Assembly: GCA_964187785.1 (NCBI GenBank)
Contig: OZ076409.1
Coordinates: forward strand, 92,134,001 to 92,198,000
DNA length: 64,000 nucleotides
Direction: 5' to 3'
From: Amphiscolops sp. MND2022
Lineage: Eukaryota
The translations under genes and the position numbers were made by a program. Within the stretch, counting starts at the first letter, position 1. Each line of letters begins with the position of its first letter. Of the stretch, positions 14,203 through 27,379 are shown one piece after another. Under the pieces are notes generated by a model. It had not been told where the DNA came from and searched no databases. It was given only the letters and a program-made list of their open reading frames with translations.

Positions 14203-15569
14203 CGCCATTTGCAATTCAAGTGAGACAAAAGGCACATTCAAGTGAAAACATGCCGTAAGTGACATTCAAGTGAGAAATCGAACATTCGAGTGGGAGAAAA
14301 CGGAAATTCAAGTGAACGTGTTCATCAATTAACGAAAACAGTGTAATATAAATGAAAGAATTTATAAATTAACATGTAAAGTTTCGAAAAAACGTTTCAG
14401 CCGTCGATTTTTTTTGCCAGGCAAAAACGTAGGCATGAAAGTACGAACTGTTCCCATTCTCTGCATTTTTCAGGAGTTGTTACGTGTTTGGTAGATTCTA
14501 ACATCTTTTAAAGCAAATTAAATCTCTGATCGGCCAGCGTTCCTCCGTTAGGTGCCATCTCAATGAACTCGTTTTGCCTTGATGAGAGCTGATTCTTGAA
14601 CTCACTTTTCCAGCTTGAAATGGCATTTTACACGGGGTTCAAAAATGGACTGTAAGTTGGCAAACGTCTGAAGCTATTTTGATCCTTATGCAGCAATTTA
14701 ATGTCACGATGAGGTGCGTTATTAAAAATGAGATATCCGGACACATTTTCCGCTATCAGATTTCCACAACGTAAGCCAATGAATTGTTGGTATCTGGACA
14801 TGGTGATACCCACTCTGTATATCTCATAATACACAATCCCATATTCTGCGGCGACACCCAAACATACTGCCACGTTCTGTCTCTTCTGTCCTGATACGGT
14901 GCGGTAATGCCCTAGTTTCTCCAATACTGCGTGCTTGTGTGAATGTTTATTCCGAATTCTTCAACGTAAATTTTGCAGGCGTTGACCACGTTTGGACTAG
15001 TTAGCCAGCTCGCATCTCTCGTTTATGACAACGGCTCTGTTTCCGTCCAGGGCATTTGCTAATGTTTTTATATGTTCTTCAGGTCTTTCTCGGAGCTCCT
15101 GACGCAGTCGTCCGTTCATAAATTTCAGTGTGATGAAGGGGTTTTCGCTGAGTATATCGACTGCTTTTTCTTTCATTTCATCATCAAATTTTTGATAACG
15201 CTTGCCCCCGTGGCTCTGAGCAGCTTGGTCACGGCGTGCTACTATGGTGTAGGCTGTGCTCGAATTGACGTTCAATATTTTGGCAACTTCGAGAAAATCT
15301 TCATCTCCGCTCAAAGATAATGCAGCGAATATTCTTTCTTTGGCAAAAACTGGGACTTTAAACGGCATGATTTGGACAAGTAGTTGTTCAGAATGAAAAA
15401 ATTCGGAGAGGCTTTGAACAAGGTATGAACACTCTCACTTGAATTTCCGTTTTCTCACACTTGAATGTTCGATTTCTTACTTGAATGTCACTTAGGGCAT
15501 GTTCTCACTTGAAAGATCTTTTTCACTCACTTGAATGTGCCTTTTCTCTCACTTGAATTGCAAATGGTG
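14203..15569 (-). mobile_element. Tc1/mariner-IS630 superfamily DNA transposon, decayed
   Basis: TA flanks (14201-14202, 15570-15571); ~125-145-bp imperfect TIRs built from repeated ATTCAAGTGA units; internal transposase fragments. Confidence 0.85.
14400..15368 (-). pseudogene. Tc1/IS630-type DDE transposase pseudogene
   Basis: N-terminal HTH-like ORF (14997-15368) and catalytic-domain fragment LIFNNAPHRD...LPTYSPFLNPV (14628-14924), matching the DNAxxH and LPxYSPxLNPIE motifs; frameshifted. Confidence 0.8.
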
Positions 15570-18067
15570 TATTCAGTACTTCCGTGTCTTCTAAACGTTT
15601 TGAATGTTCTCGTTGGTGTTACGCTTGCGCCCTGAAATTTGTTTTAAAAAACTCAATGCGGATAATTTTTGGTGCTCACTGTGTCCCGTGCACAGAAATT
15701 TTTTGATTTGGTGTGATATTTCGTCACAAATCAAGAGCTTTTCCTCAATACACCCCAACTTGTTCTCTAGAATCATGATTTAACCGTGAAAATTGTTTCT
15801 TGTTTGTTTACTAGTAACGTTTGCCTCTGGCATTCTGAGAATTGGTGAAAATTCGATTTCACGAAAGTGACATCAGAAAACAGCATGACTTGCGGATCTT
15901 GCCAGAAGGAAAAAACTTAGAAGAGACCTGTTGAATGCGAGAAAACAGTGTAAGCGGAGAGCAAACTGAGATAACTTTTCCACTCATGTAGACTTGATAA
16001 GCAGGTGCTAAATACACCTTATTGGCAGTATTCATGCAGTTTAATTGGAGATCAGCAAGGCGCTGCTTACCCTAGTTGGGACTGATTGAACTTTTCACAT
16101 GCTGCAGGCCTGCATGCAGGGAAATTTTTGATAAAACCTAGAAAATTCAGACTGCCCGCAGGGAAAATTTTTGTTAAACTTCCCTGCATCCTGATCTTGG
16201 AAAATCTACATATTCACTGCATCTTGAAAATAAGTCCCTGCAGCTTTTAAAAAAGTGAAATAACTTAAGAGCGGGAAACAACTCGAATTTTGACTCAAAC
16301 TCTGCAAAACATTGTCCTATTATTTGAATCCTATTTACCCCGAATCCTATTATTTCCTGCAACACTGCTTCTCAAAGGCTAAAGTTCTCAAATGAAAAAA
16401 AATGAAAGTCAAGATTAAATTATGAAGCCTTAAAATTGAAAACATCAAGGAACAATTGTAACTATTCTTCAAAAAATGGTATTATTGAAAGCTTTCGGAT
16501 TCTGAGAACTTTGCTGGCGTCAAAACCCAAAGTCACACAAGCGTCGGAGCAGATATACAGCAGCAGTAACCAGTAAAACTTCTACATCAGAGAGTTGGAT
16601 TCAAGATAAAAGCTTCTGAAACAAAAAGACTTCTGAGTTCAAAGACTGAAAATTGTCTAAGTGGAAAGACAAAACAGTAAAAGCAACTCCAAAATTACGT
16701 AAAAATCTTTCCGCGACCATCAGAAACTATAAAATTCAGGCTAGAAGTGCTTGGCAACCTTAATGAACATGTAAAAATTTCCAGCAAGTTCAACTAGGCT
16801 ATGCAGCGACTACTGAAAAAAAGTTTTATCAATTGAATACGATCGGGGATTGGAGCGCCAGCTAACTAGCCCCATGAATTGCCACATTAATTTTTACAGC
16901 ATTATTTATAGTGTATGTATTGTTAACGCTATCGAAAACGTGGCTCCGGAGAGGCAAAACGTTCGTTACTTTTAGGACGAGGAGAGACTAGGACATGTAA
17001 CGATTACCAATGGGCGTCTGACAAAATTGTTCGAGGGACTAGATTTCACGATTTTCAGTCAGTTGCCGCTGGTCACTTTCGTGTCTTTACCAAAGACCTG
17101 CCAAATGAAAAATTGAGGAGGAGGCGTTAAGGGCTCATGGTTATTGGGGCCTCTTCAAATACCCTTTCCATGGGTTCCTCCATCTCATCACTTTTAACGG
17201 AGCGGCGACGGTGAGAGCTTGCGGTTACACCAGGTCGAAAGATATTGTAACGTCCAGCAACTGATGACAAAATTTTGATGAAAAAATCGAAATGTGCGAT
17301 AGCAAATGAGATCATTCAAAATGGCCGACCTGGCAGGTACAGAAAATCCAAAAAGAATACAAAAAACCAACAAAACACCCCCACCCTCAGCCCGAGAGAG
17401 AACACCCCGTCATAGAAGTATCCCTGAAATCGCCGTGAGGTGCCAACCCCCCGGGAAAGACGTCCCAGCTAACAGCAGAACCCGAAGAATGGCCCAAGAG
17501 ATGAAGAAACTCAGAAGTTTGCATATTTTGCATGTGCGACCTCGCAAATCCAATACTCGCTTACACTGACGCCTGATGTTTGCGTAGTCTGCTGTACCGT
17601 CTTTGTGGTTTTTGTGGGTATTTGGTGATGTTTGATCCCTATTTGATTTATTTTAGATGCTATTCCGATAATACAATGTACTTTAGCTAAACACCTCTTT
17701 TTGGACCTCGGAGGTATGTAGGAATTCACAGGAACGTTAGGAGCCTTAGAAATCGTTTTTACAGGCTTGCGGGACGTGTCCGGACTTTGAGAGTGCCGGC
17801 AGGTCGCTTCGGAGGTCTAGCTGAAGAGCCTCCTTAGACGCATGAAAAGTCCCCTAGGAGATCATTTTGGGATTAAAAACTAATGTCTAGGTTGTGTCTG
17901 CTGTTCAAGCAATCTAGGCATTGTCCCATTTCTAGGATGTACGCTGCTCAGGCTAGCTGGACGTTACATATCTTTTCGAAGCTGGGCCCCCTCCTCACGG
18001 GACAGTACCCAAGGGAGGCAAATGGACCTACTTGTAGTTGGGAGCCCGCCCGTGCATCAAAATTCCG

Positions 18068-18773
18068 CCCGTACTGGGATCCCATCACGGTTCATCAATG
18101 ACCATCGCAGTCCCATTAGCCCATCGATGGCCATTGCAGTCCTATGGAGCCCATCGATGGCCATCAATGGGCTTTTGTGAAGGATGATCCATCAATGGAA
18201 ATCGGAATTTTTGATCACAAAAATTCGTTCGAAACGGCCATGTTCAGATTTTCGGTGGATTCTATAGATGCAACCAAAATTGCAGTTTTTCACGTCGTTC
18301 AGACCTGAAAGCTGCTGTTTTGGTTAAAAAAAACAGTTTAAATACTCAAATCTTCTGATCGGGCATCGTTGTATCGGAAGATTGTATGTTTGCTGAACTG
18401 AAATTTTTGGCGAAAGTGCAATGTGTAGCGGAAACGTTTCCGGACGTCACCACTGCTACTAGTTGAAAACAACAACCAATCGAAAAGAACCAATGTCTAA
18501 GCAAAAAATCGAAATGAGTGATTTTCAGGCGCGTGATGAAGCTTAGATAGGCTGAAAAGGTAGTGTTAGTTGGTTAAAATTTGAAATTTACATCTTTAAG
18601 CAGATCCCAAGGGGCCACAACGCGTTGGGCTATAATTGAAATTCCATCGATGGCCATCGATGGTCCATCAATGCCAATGGGAAAAGTTGCGATGGCCATC
18701 GATGGACCATCGGTGGCCCATCGATGGACTGCGACGGGCCCATCGATGGGATTAAATGGAATCTCAGTACGGG
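18068..18773. mobile_element. MITE with palindromic CCATCGATGG subterminal repeats (CMC/EnSpm-like termini)
   Basis: TIRs CCCGTACTG.GAT.CCA / TGGAATCTCAGTACGGG; CG on both flanks; clusters of CCATCGATGG near both ends. Confidence 0.7.
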
Positions 18774-20385
18774 CGTCCCTTTAGGTTCCTTCCACTCACG
18801 TGACATAGTCAAGCTACGCAGCAAGTTGCCGTTAAAGCTCGTAAAAGTCCTTGTACTGAGGACTCTTGAATGATTTTAAAAAGTTATTTGCTCGTTTTTT
18901 TTTGTTTTTTTACTTGCATTCAAAGCCAGGACTTCTCAGAAATTCTTGAAAATTCTTTCCCGTCTTCTCGCCTTTATCTAAGTTTCTTTGAAGTAATGGT
19001 CGGGTTGTTTATGAATGTTCGAACTGTTTGACTTCAACAGTAGAGCCCACGTTTGTAAATGTTGGACCAACTGATTTTTAAGATTTTCTCAACAGCTTTA
19101 GAATATTGGTAACATGAATATTGGTAACAAGGATAATGGTATTGAGGACACTTTTGAGAACAGTCAAAATTGTAAAACTCAACAATTTTTTATCTGAAGT
19201 ACAATGAATGTCGTTAGAAATATTTAAACAAAGCGCTGTTGCAGTTTTTAGGTGCCACACATTTAGAAATACCAGGTACTAATCTTTCGGCAAATTTCAA
19301 TGAATAACAAATATCAATCAACACCAAAAACCGATTGCTCAGACAGGTTCATGATCAATAATAGCAAAGTTGAACGAGAAAAGCTTGCAACGGTTGAAAC
19401 TTATTGGAAGCAGAAAATGACCAAAAAGTAATTCCAAGTCTCTTCAAAACGTACTTTCATTCCGACATCTGAATGGTTCCGAGGATTATTTATGTTGCGG
19501 AATTTTTCTAACAAAAACTCTCAAATTGAAAAAGAAAGAAAAATTTTTGATTTGAATTGCGCTGAAAAGCGCTGCAAAACCGGATCAACTTTTTTCTGTC
19601 AAATTGTAACAGAAACACGGGAAAACATAGTTTGAAGTTGTACTATTTTAAAACAAAATGTCTTGATTCAAAAAACTAGAAAACTGTGTTGAAGTTTCGA
19701 AAATTTTGTTTAGCCATCTCACAATCTCTAAAGATAACTTGCTGATTTGCTTGATTTTGAAATCACTGATTACAAAATGAACTTTTTCTTTTGAGCTTTT
19801 AAGTTTCATTGTTTTAGAGGCTCAAAAGACAAAGTAAAATGAAATTACTCTTTCTGTTGGTTTAATGGTTCATTTTATTGAAGAACTTCCTTTAATGACT
19901 CTTAAATAATGAAAAGGTTTGAGAATGTTACCTAAAGAACGTCGATTCGATTTCAGCATAATGCAATTCGACAAATTTGTTTTTCTTCTCGTGTACCCAA
20001 GCTGTCGACAATTGTTCAAAAGTTCCCTTTTGTTCAAACATCAATCCCTTTGGTATTTGAGATCACTCCCGTTAAACATAGAAATAGTTTCACTCAAAAC
20101 CTTGAATTGTTCAATTCCGAATTCTTGGCTGGCTTTTGATCTTACGGGCTCAAACAAAATTCCTCTAAATCAAAACATCCTTCTCATTTTACAGTCGCAA
20201 TTCTGAATATAACAGTAGCCATTACCAGCACGATCATCGTATTTTTCTCTCTTGCCCACTAAATCTTTTTCGAACGTGTTTCCTTATTTTTGCATTCCCA
20301 ATTTTCGGTCAGTATCCTTTTTCAATGGGCTAATAAAACACCCCAATTGCTTTGAAGCAATGTAGTTTACACTTTTGATTCCAGT

Positions 20386-20809
20386 TAGGCTCCGCAGAAT
20401 TTTACGCTGCGTGAAATCCAGTAAATGCGTGAATTATTGCCCAATCAAATTTCAGCGTGTCACCAAAAATAAAAGCGTGAAGAAACTCAGTTTCCGTTCA
20501 AAATTACGCAATATTGCGTGAAATTGAACGAAAAATACCAAAGACACCAATTTTCGTAGGAAAATTTTGTTTTGTTGTTTCCTACTTAGTATCGAAACAA
20601 AAAACGTTTTGCAACCAGTCGAGAATTCCGACAAATCAGTCAAAATGCAGATTTGGAATCTCCGAAGAAATAGTTCTTTTTTATAAATCAATACCAAACA
20701 AGAAGTTTTCTAATTGTGGACAAGAAACTGCGTGAGATTGGACCAAAATTAGCGTGACACGGAAACGCGAAATTTGATGATCCTTCAGTGTGAATATCTG
20801 CGGAGTCTA
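20386..20809. mobile_element. Non-autonomous hAT-type MITE
   Basis: TIRs TAGGCTCCGCAGA.. / ..TCTGCGGAGTCTA; 8-bp TSD ATTCCAGT at 20378-20385 and 20810-20817. Confidence 0.85.
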
Positions 20810-21073
20810 ATTCCAGTTAACCTTTTCTAGCTCATCAGCGGGAGAATGGTTCATCTACTGTTAAAAATTGCAGTCCTTAGTGTGATCACTCAAATCTGCT
20901 GGTCGCGTTTGGAACACTGGAAAAAATACAAATTCGGTGGAAAGAACGGCGACGAAAACGATTGCTCAGAAAAACTTCGCGAGAAAGCGGTTAGTCTGCG
21001 GCGGTATGCAGGGGAGGTGGAGCTTTACGACGAAATTTTGCTGAAAATCTTTCATTTTCAATTAATTCATTAT

Positions 21074-22530
21074 TGTAAGGACTATAGACCTCCGTGTCTC
21101 TCAGATCAAAGGCAGACCCACAGTCCTTTTTTGCAATTTTGGTTTTCAACCCATTTGTTCCGTTATTATCTTCCTCATTGTTTGATGACGAACCGAACTC
21201 AGTGTTCCTGTTCCCTGAAGATATTGAGCTCATTATATTTTGTATCTCTGGAATCACTCTCACAGAAATTGCAGAGCTAATAGCCCTGTTGATCTGCGTA
21301 TGTATCATGGACATCATAGACTCCATCTCTTGAGACAACCTTGAGTAAATTTCGTTTGTGAAGGTTTCCATTGATTCAATGAGTCTATTTTGTCTAAGAA
21401 TCAAACTTTCATGGTTAGAAGTTCGTTTTATTGGAAAGTATTTTCTCTGTCTTGAATATTCGACTCCATGTCATAATGAACCGCTGATTCCCCAATTGTG
21501 TTTGCCAATTCTATTTCAATTGGGTTAATGTTTTCATTCCCTAGCTTTATGTGTCAATTAACTATGTTGGACGTTATGTCCATTTCTCTGGATTTTCTTG
21601 CTTTCGCTTTTTGTCTCCTGCTTGAAGGCATAGGAATTGAATACAAGGAAAGATATGAATTCTGTCTTGCAAATTTAGAATATTAACAACTGATTGTTGA
21701 ATGTCCGTTTTTGGAAAATTGCTCCCGGGAATAGGTATAGTCCCAGGTATTTGAACCTAAATTAGCTTGACATCCATAAAATTGAAAATCATCGTGCTAT
21801 GTTTAGAACGTCAGAACTAAAAATAGTATCAAGTGGTACAGCGTGTCTTTAGATGACGCAATCTACTGCTCTGCGTTTAGTAACAAACGCTTTAGCGGAA
21901 CAATGGGATTACATCTTTCAAACGACTGATACATGTTTCAACAACCATACTTGTCGTCAACAAAACATTTTACATGACCAAGCAATATTGATCTCATGGT
22001 CGTAGCAACCGTAAGTTACATATAAACTGAGGGAATTTTGGGATATGTCTACCATGTCCTTTCCCTCCAAAAGGAGCTTAAAATTAGGCGAATGTTGGGT
22101 TTCATTCACAAATCAGAGTGATGTTTAAAGCTTCAGCTTCTGTGGCAATGAGGCACTTGGGACGCGGGGCACAAGTCAAGAGTACCTTTCAGTTATTTGG
22201 CACATCAATTTTTTGGCAAAAAGCGTCGTTGTATGTAAGAAGTAGCCACAGTGACTTATCGTTCCATGCGGACGCTAACTAGCATCGCTAACATATCTTG
22301 TCCAAAGTGATATTAATAATGCACTGGGAAAAAATGCATTGAATGGCGGCAGCTGATTGGACAGAAATTTAGTGGACGGCGTGTCCGAGGGGACAAGCGA
22401 GGAAACATTTGAACGCGTTTCTTTTACCTGTACGCCTTGGTGTCCAATGTTACTTCTAAACGAAAAGTATTTCACTACACATGTTAATATAATAATTTTA
22501 CATGACTGCTAGTACATTCTACAGTTTTTG
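21074..22530 (-). mobile_element. Diverged, probably solo LTR of an element-A-related family (right end unresolved)
   Basis: Starts TGT at 21074. Encodes decayed Gag N-terminus: MPSSRRQKAKARKSREMDI (~21632) and QINRAISSAISVRVIPEIQNI vs element A MPSTRKQRAKERRSRQLDI and QLVDVINSAITEKVLPDIRNL. 22350-22430 resembles LTR-A 26163-26243 at a matching offset. Confidence 0.75.
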
Positions 22531-22899
22531 TCTGAACGTTTGGTAATTTGGTAAGCGGGTGGCTTGCGTTTCTTCTTTACTCAAGGGGAGTTGTCCCGGG
22601 AAAAGGATTGTAGTAATCGTAGGCGACGGAATAGACATTTCCATCGCAGAGGAGAGCCTTTGACATTTAACAATCACAGCGTAGGTCCTGTCACGGAAAA
22701 ATGGGAATTACGAAATCAGCAGAGTGTACGAGCTCGTCCCACGGGGAAACCTACGAAAGAGGAAAAGTGAAAGTGGAAAGTTACATCGAATACTCACACT
22801 ATTCACATTCAACAAACGCAGACTTCAGGCAGCAAAACTATGATGGCGTAGAATTACATAGTACGGAACACTAGATTAAGGATAAGTTCAACTGGGCAC

Positions 22900-24906
22900 T
22901 GGCAAATCTTTCATAAAAGGAATGACCAAAACCGTTAAGAAAATGATTTGAACAAAATGGATTTGGAAACAATGCATTAATTTATCTACTCACTCTTGCA
23001 GTCGCATTTCATACATAAACGCTAAGTTCCATAGTCGAGCAAATTTCTTTAGGATAAAAGAACCCAAGGAAATGGATGAAGAAGTTTAGACACACATTAT
23101 ACAAGTTGCGGGGAACTGTGAGTCTGAAAACGTTTACTAGCGGAACTCCTTGTTTCAAAATTCTAAGTTTTATCAAATCAAATGACTAATGACTACGAGT
23201 TTGAAAAACCATGAAAAGCAACAAGACCAGCGAGACCGATACGACAAAAAGACATGAACAAATGAACGGACAACTCAAGGAACTTAAAAGAGCAAACCAT
23301 GGATGAGGAGTAAAAAACGTCTACGGGCAACCGTACAAGACCAAAGGTCAGAAAAATTCAATAATGAAAAAACGACGGAACGACAGAACACACACCCAAA
23401 AAATCAAATATAGAGGAAACCGAGAAAGATCACAAGATCAACAATATAAGCATTAGAAGACAACTGGGATTACATCAACCTTCAGAAGTTAAACAAAGAC
23501 AAGCCAAAGAAGACTTTTTCAAACGCAACGCTATTCGTGATTAACGTGCTATTCAAATTCAATTTTGACAGCAGATCTTTAGTCACAAAAAACCCAAACT
23601 GTTCAATCAAAAAACAACTAATGTTGAACCCTTGATAACCACGTATAGAGATGTAAACAGTCACTGGATAGAAGTTATGGGACAACGAAAAGCGATGGTT
23701 AAGACAAAGAAAGAAACAATTGACTTATCTTTTTTTTATCAAAAGCAAAAACATCATCAACTATGTTATTGGACTGGAAGCAGCGGCTGGGAAGAAACGT
23801 ACATACAGACAAGGATGCTATACAATTTCTTACCATTGAAATTGGACGCTACTGATGAACAAAATGTCTGATTCAAAAACAATTTCAAAGCTTTGTTCTA
23901 TACATGAAAGAAATGAAAAAGACATCAGTAAAAGGCACGAGTAATACACCAAAATGTGTTCCAATCTCGAAACAGCTTCAAGATCAAAAGGCGAAGAAAA
24001 ATTGAATTGCAAATAAAACAATAAAACATGGACGCTTGTGGGAGCAACCATTACAGACGACTGTTTTGTAGGCCCGGCTGTAATCACAGCGAATAATGGT
24101 ACCTGTTGAAACCGCACTCGACTCAAAAACGAGGAACGAAATAACTATAAAAAGAACGCACAGATACCAATTATTGTGGAAATTGTAATCTGTATTCACG
24201 AATTTGTCGGAAAATAGTCGAAGGCACAGAGGGTGAAAACTTTACCACAAAATTGGACAACGACTTTGCTCAAGTTCAAAACAAGACGTAAAAACGAGAT
24301 GTCCATGCTCATTCATCATTAAAGGAGGCGAATTCTATTGCTAATACCGTTTTCTGGAAAGGTGTACAGACTGACGTAATTCTCCACTATTTTCCAAGAA
24401 CGGATAGCCATAACACTGAAACACAAACACTTGGCAAAGAGAGACGACACATAACAGTTACCAAACGCTACATGAAGAAACAAGACGAAAAAGTACGTAA
24501 ATTGAATTGATGAATGAATTGGTAAACGCAATATTCAGACAAAATCCAAAGAATTTTGAAAACTTTACGAAAGAAATCGAATGGGCTAAGCACAAAAAAG
24601 ACCTAAAAGGCGTACACCCTCACAGTACAAACTGGAATCAATTACTCAAGCAAACACACCGAAAAATGAAAACCAATTAAAACCATTTCTTCTGATTACT
24701 TATCAAAGTACAGTGAAAATTTTTCAGCATACTGAGATAATCATTGAACAAACAAAATGAATACATCTGGAATTACAATTATAGTTAAGCTCTCAAAGAC
24801 GTAACAGCATGCTTCACCAAAATATCCAGATGCAAGTCCAAAATCCTTGGGGAAGGACACTGTGGCAGAAACAAAGCCCGGAAAACCTCAAACCAATCGA
24901 ACTATC
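22900..24906 (+). pseudogene. Old plus-strand gypsy pol remnant interrupted by element A (continues 41328-41429); left boundary approximate
   Basis: RNase H motif DASPKSLG..LWQKQ...KPIELS joins in frame across the TSD to TKKHIGHWNEYALKELLLLAVFRLLEHLR. Confidence 0.65.
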
Positions 24907-26652
24907 TGTCGTGACTATTGGTCATAATGTCTTCTTCATGACCATCGTCACTAGACTGAGAATTCTCTGAATTTCTCCTAAAGTAGTCTTGTCGACTACT
25001 GGTTGCCATATTAAGCTTTGAGTTACCTTTCCAAGCGTTTTTAACGAATTTCGCTTCGGTGGTCCTGTTAAGTCCACTGGACCTCTGGTCCACTTCTTCC
25101 CGAAACACTGGATTTTGGTTGGAAACCAAGTTTCTAATATCAGGCAAAACCTTTTCAGTGATTGCTGAATTAATGACATCAACCAGCTGAGAATTAAGTT
25201 CTCTTCTCAGTTCATCAATTTTCTTTGTAATCTCAGAATTAACGAACCTCATAGTCTCAACCGTCGATTCACTATTTTCTTTACTGTTTGAGTTTAAAAG
25301 TGACCTGAAATCCTCACTATTTTGCAGTGGGTCTTCTCTAGTCCTATCTGACCCTAGGTCTATTTCACCATTCCTATCAGAGTCATTTCCTAATTCATTT
25401 CTTGGATATGATCCAAGCATTACGTCTAAGTTTTCTGTATCAGACATGATGTCTAATTGCCTAGAGCGTCTTTCCTTAGCTCTTTGCTTTCTAGTAGAAG
25501 GCATTGAAGAAATATTTGCTCAGGTAAGAGTATATTCGAGCTTGTATCAAATATCCCAACTTGAACTGAGTATTCAAACAATAACAGAACGATATATCAC
25601 TAAAGCAGTCTACTAAAGCGAAGGTTGACTTGTAGTCTCAAAATGATTAGAACACTGATGGTGATAGATAGCGGTGAGTTGTAAGTTTGTAATCATCAAT
25701 AATCGTCAAGATTCATCCCTTGGGACTAGTGGTCCCCGTATTTATAGTCCTTGCATCATGACATGCAGTAATATGTATAGTCATGTTACTAAAATTAGCA
25801 ACTTACATACTAACGTCACTATGACGTAATGCTGTCAAACTAAATATAGACACAAGTACGGGCAAAAGGCCCTGGGAAGTTTACGTCACATGTTCCTGTA
25901 ATTCTAAAATTAGCATCTCTACGTGTATTAGATCTAAAAATAGATAAAGAGGAAGGAAAATGGGGGGGAAGAGGCAGTACGCCTTTCATATTAATGACAG
26001 CAAGACTTGTGCTGAGCTCATACTTATATGCGCCAATAGTATTGCACTTAGTTAAGGTTAATAATCATCAAAGTAAATACACCGACAATAAGTGGACCGG
26101 CAGTCTAATATGACTTGCGTCGCCGCAAAGGCCAGCAAGTAAGTGAATAAGAAAGCTCGCATGTGATTGGCTAATTAAGGTTGCGGACTACGCGTTCGAA
26201 TTGACCAACGCGGCGGACAATTCGAACGCGTTTCCTTTACCTTGCCAGTTATCTTGATTATTACAGCTACATTTCATCGATAATTAATACATTCTGCACT
26301 ACTGGTTTACATGTAGAATACACAAGCATAAAGACGTGAATATATATATAAAGTGTACATGCGCAGCGTATAAAATCAACAAACAGAATACAATGAATGC
26401 TATATCTATGTAATGAATACTAAAATGCAATTGGTACTACAAGTCATACTAAGACCAGTGGACCTTCGGTCCGTAATAGCATAAATTCACATTCTAATTG
26501 TTTGTGAAAAAAATAGAAGTCTTGCACTAAGTTTCCCAGCAGATCAGCGGTATACGCGGCCTAAAGTGGCAGTGTTCCTGGCATATATCTCAGGTCGTTC
26601 TCATTCACCATCACTTGGTAGCTGTTTCCATCACAGGCGGCAGCCTGCGACA
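24907..26652 (-). repeat. Element A 3' LTR
   Basis: Direct repeat of 39582-41327; only two mismatches spotted by eye. Confidence 0.97.
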
Positions 26653-27379
26653 CTCCCCGGGGGATGACAGTAAACGAGCCTGCAAGCATTCCTGCCTGAA
26701 AGGCGTTTCTTCGTCTGAGTCGGGTATTGTACGTCTCACCCACGAGGTGAGTCTGCTCCAAAAAATTGAAGGTGATCTCCTCTCGTATTGTTTCAAAAGA
26801 CTTCCCACACACTATGCAGTCCCCAAAGGCGACTTGGTTCGGCAGCCCACACACCCCGCTGTTGCTTATGGCAATCCCAGTAATATGTGCGTTATTGGGC
26901 TGATAAGGGAAGTCATCATCTGACCACGGGTTGCCAGCGTTATTGACATTACACCCTTGCTCGTGCGGAGGTGGAGATAGTGGGGTGTCTGGAATTGGGC
27001 TAATTCTTGCACACTCAGCAATGGGTCGCTCCTGACTGAGTCTTCTGGAATAGCTAGGAGGGTGAATGCCCAATATCTGGTCTACAAGGTCGCTAGGGGG
27101 CTCTGTGTCCGTCTTTATTGACCTGCCATACAATTCCTCCAGTAGCGTTAAGTCATCATCGTCCGTGAATTCAGTGGTCATGGCACGTCCCGCTATCCCC
27201 AATGGTCGAGTGGACTGAGCCTCGCTGTAACAGGCGATCACTTCTATGTCGCTGTCATAACCTTTCTCGTCTGGGGCTTTTTGTGGATCGTCCACGTCCA
27301 TGTCTTCTTCCTCTGAGGATAGATAAGACAGGCTAACCAAGGGGCTAATTAAATCTTCTACTGCAAATTGTAGAGACAT
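26561..27379 (-). CDS. Element A accessory ORF, 272 aa, acidic/Pro-rich with a CxxC motif; function unknown
   Basis: Intact ATG-to-stop ORF; spans the PPT and ends 92 nt inside the 3' LTR. Confidence 0.75.
   Translation of the reverse strand: MSLQFAVEDLISPLVSLSYLSSEEEDMDVDDPQKAPDEKGYDSDIEVIACYSEAQSTRPLGIAGRAMTTEFTDDDDLTLLEELYGRSIKTDTEPPSDLVDQILGIHPPSYSRRLSQERPIAECARISPIPDTPLSPPPHEQGCNVNNAGNPWSDDDFPYQPNNAHITGIAISNSGVCGLPNQVAFGDCIVCGKSFETIREEITFNFLEQTHLVGETYNTRLRRRNAFQAGMLAGSFTVIPRGVSQAAACDGNSYQVMVNENDLRYMPGTLPL
26653..26658 (-). other. Short polypurine tract (GGGGAG) of element A
   Basis: Abuts the TG of the 3' LTR on the minus strand. Confidence 0.6.
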
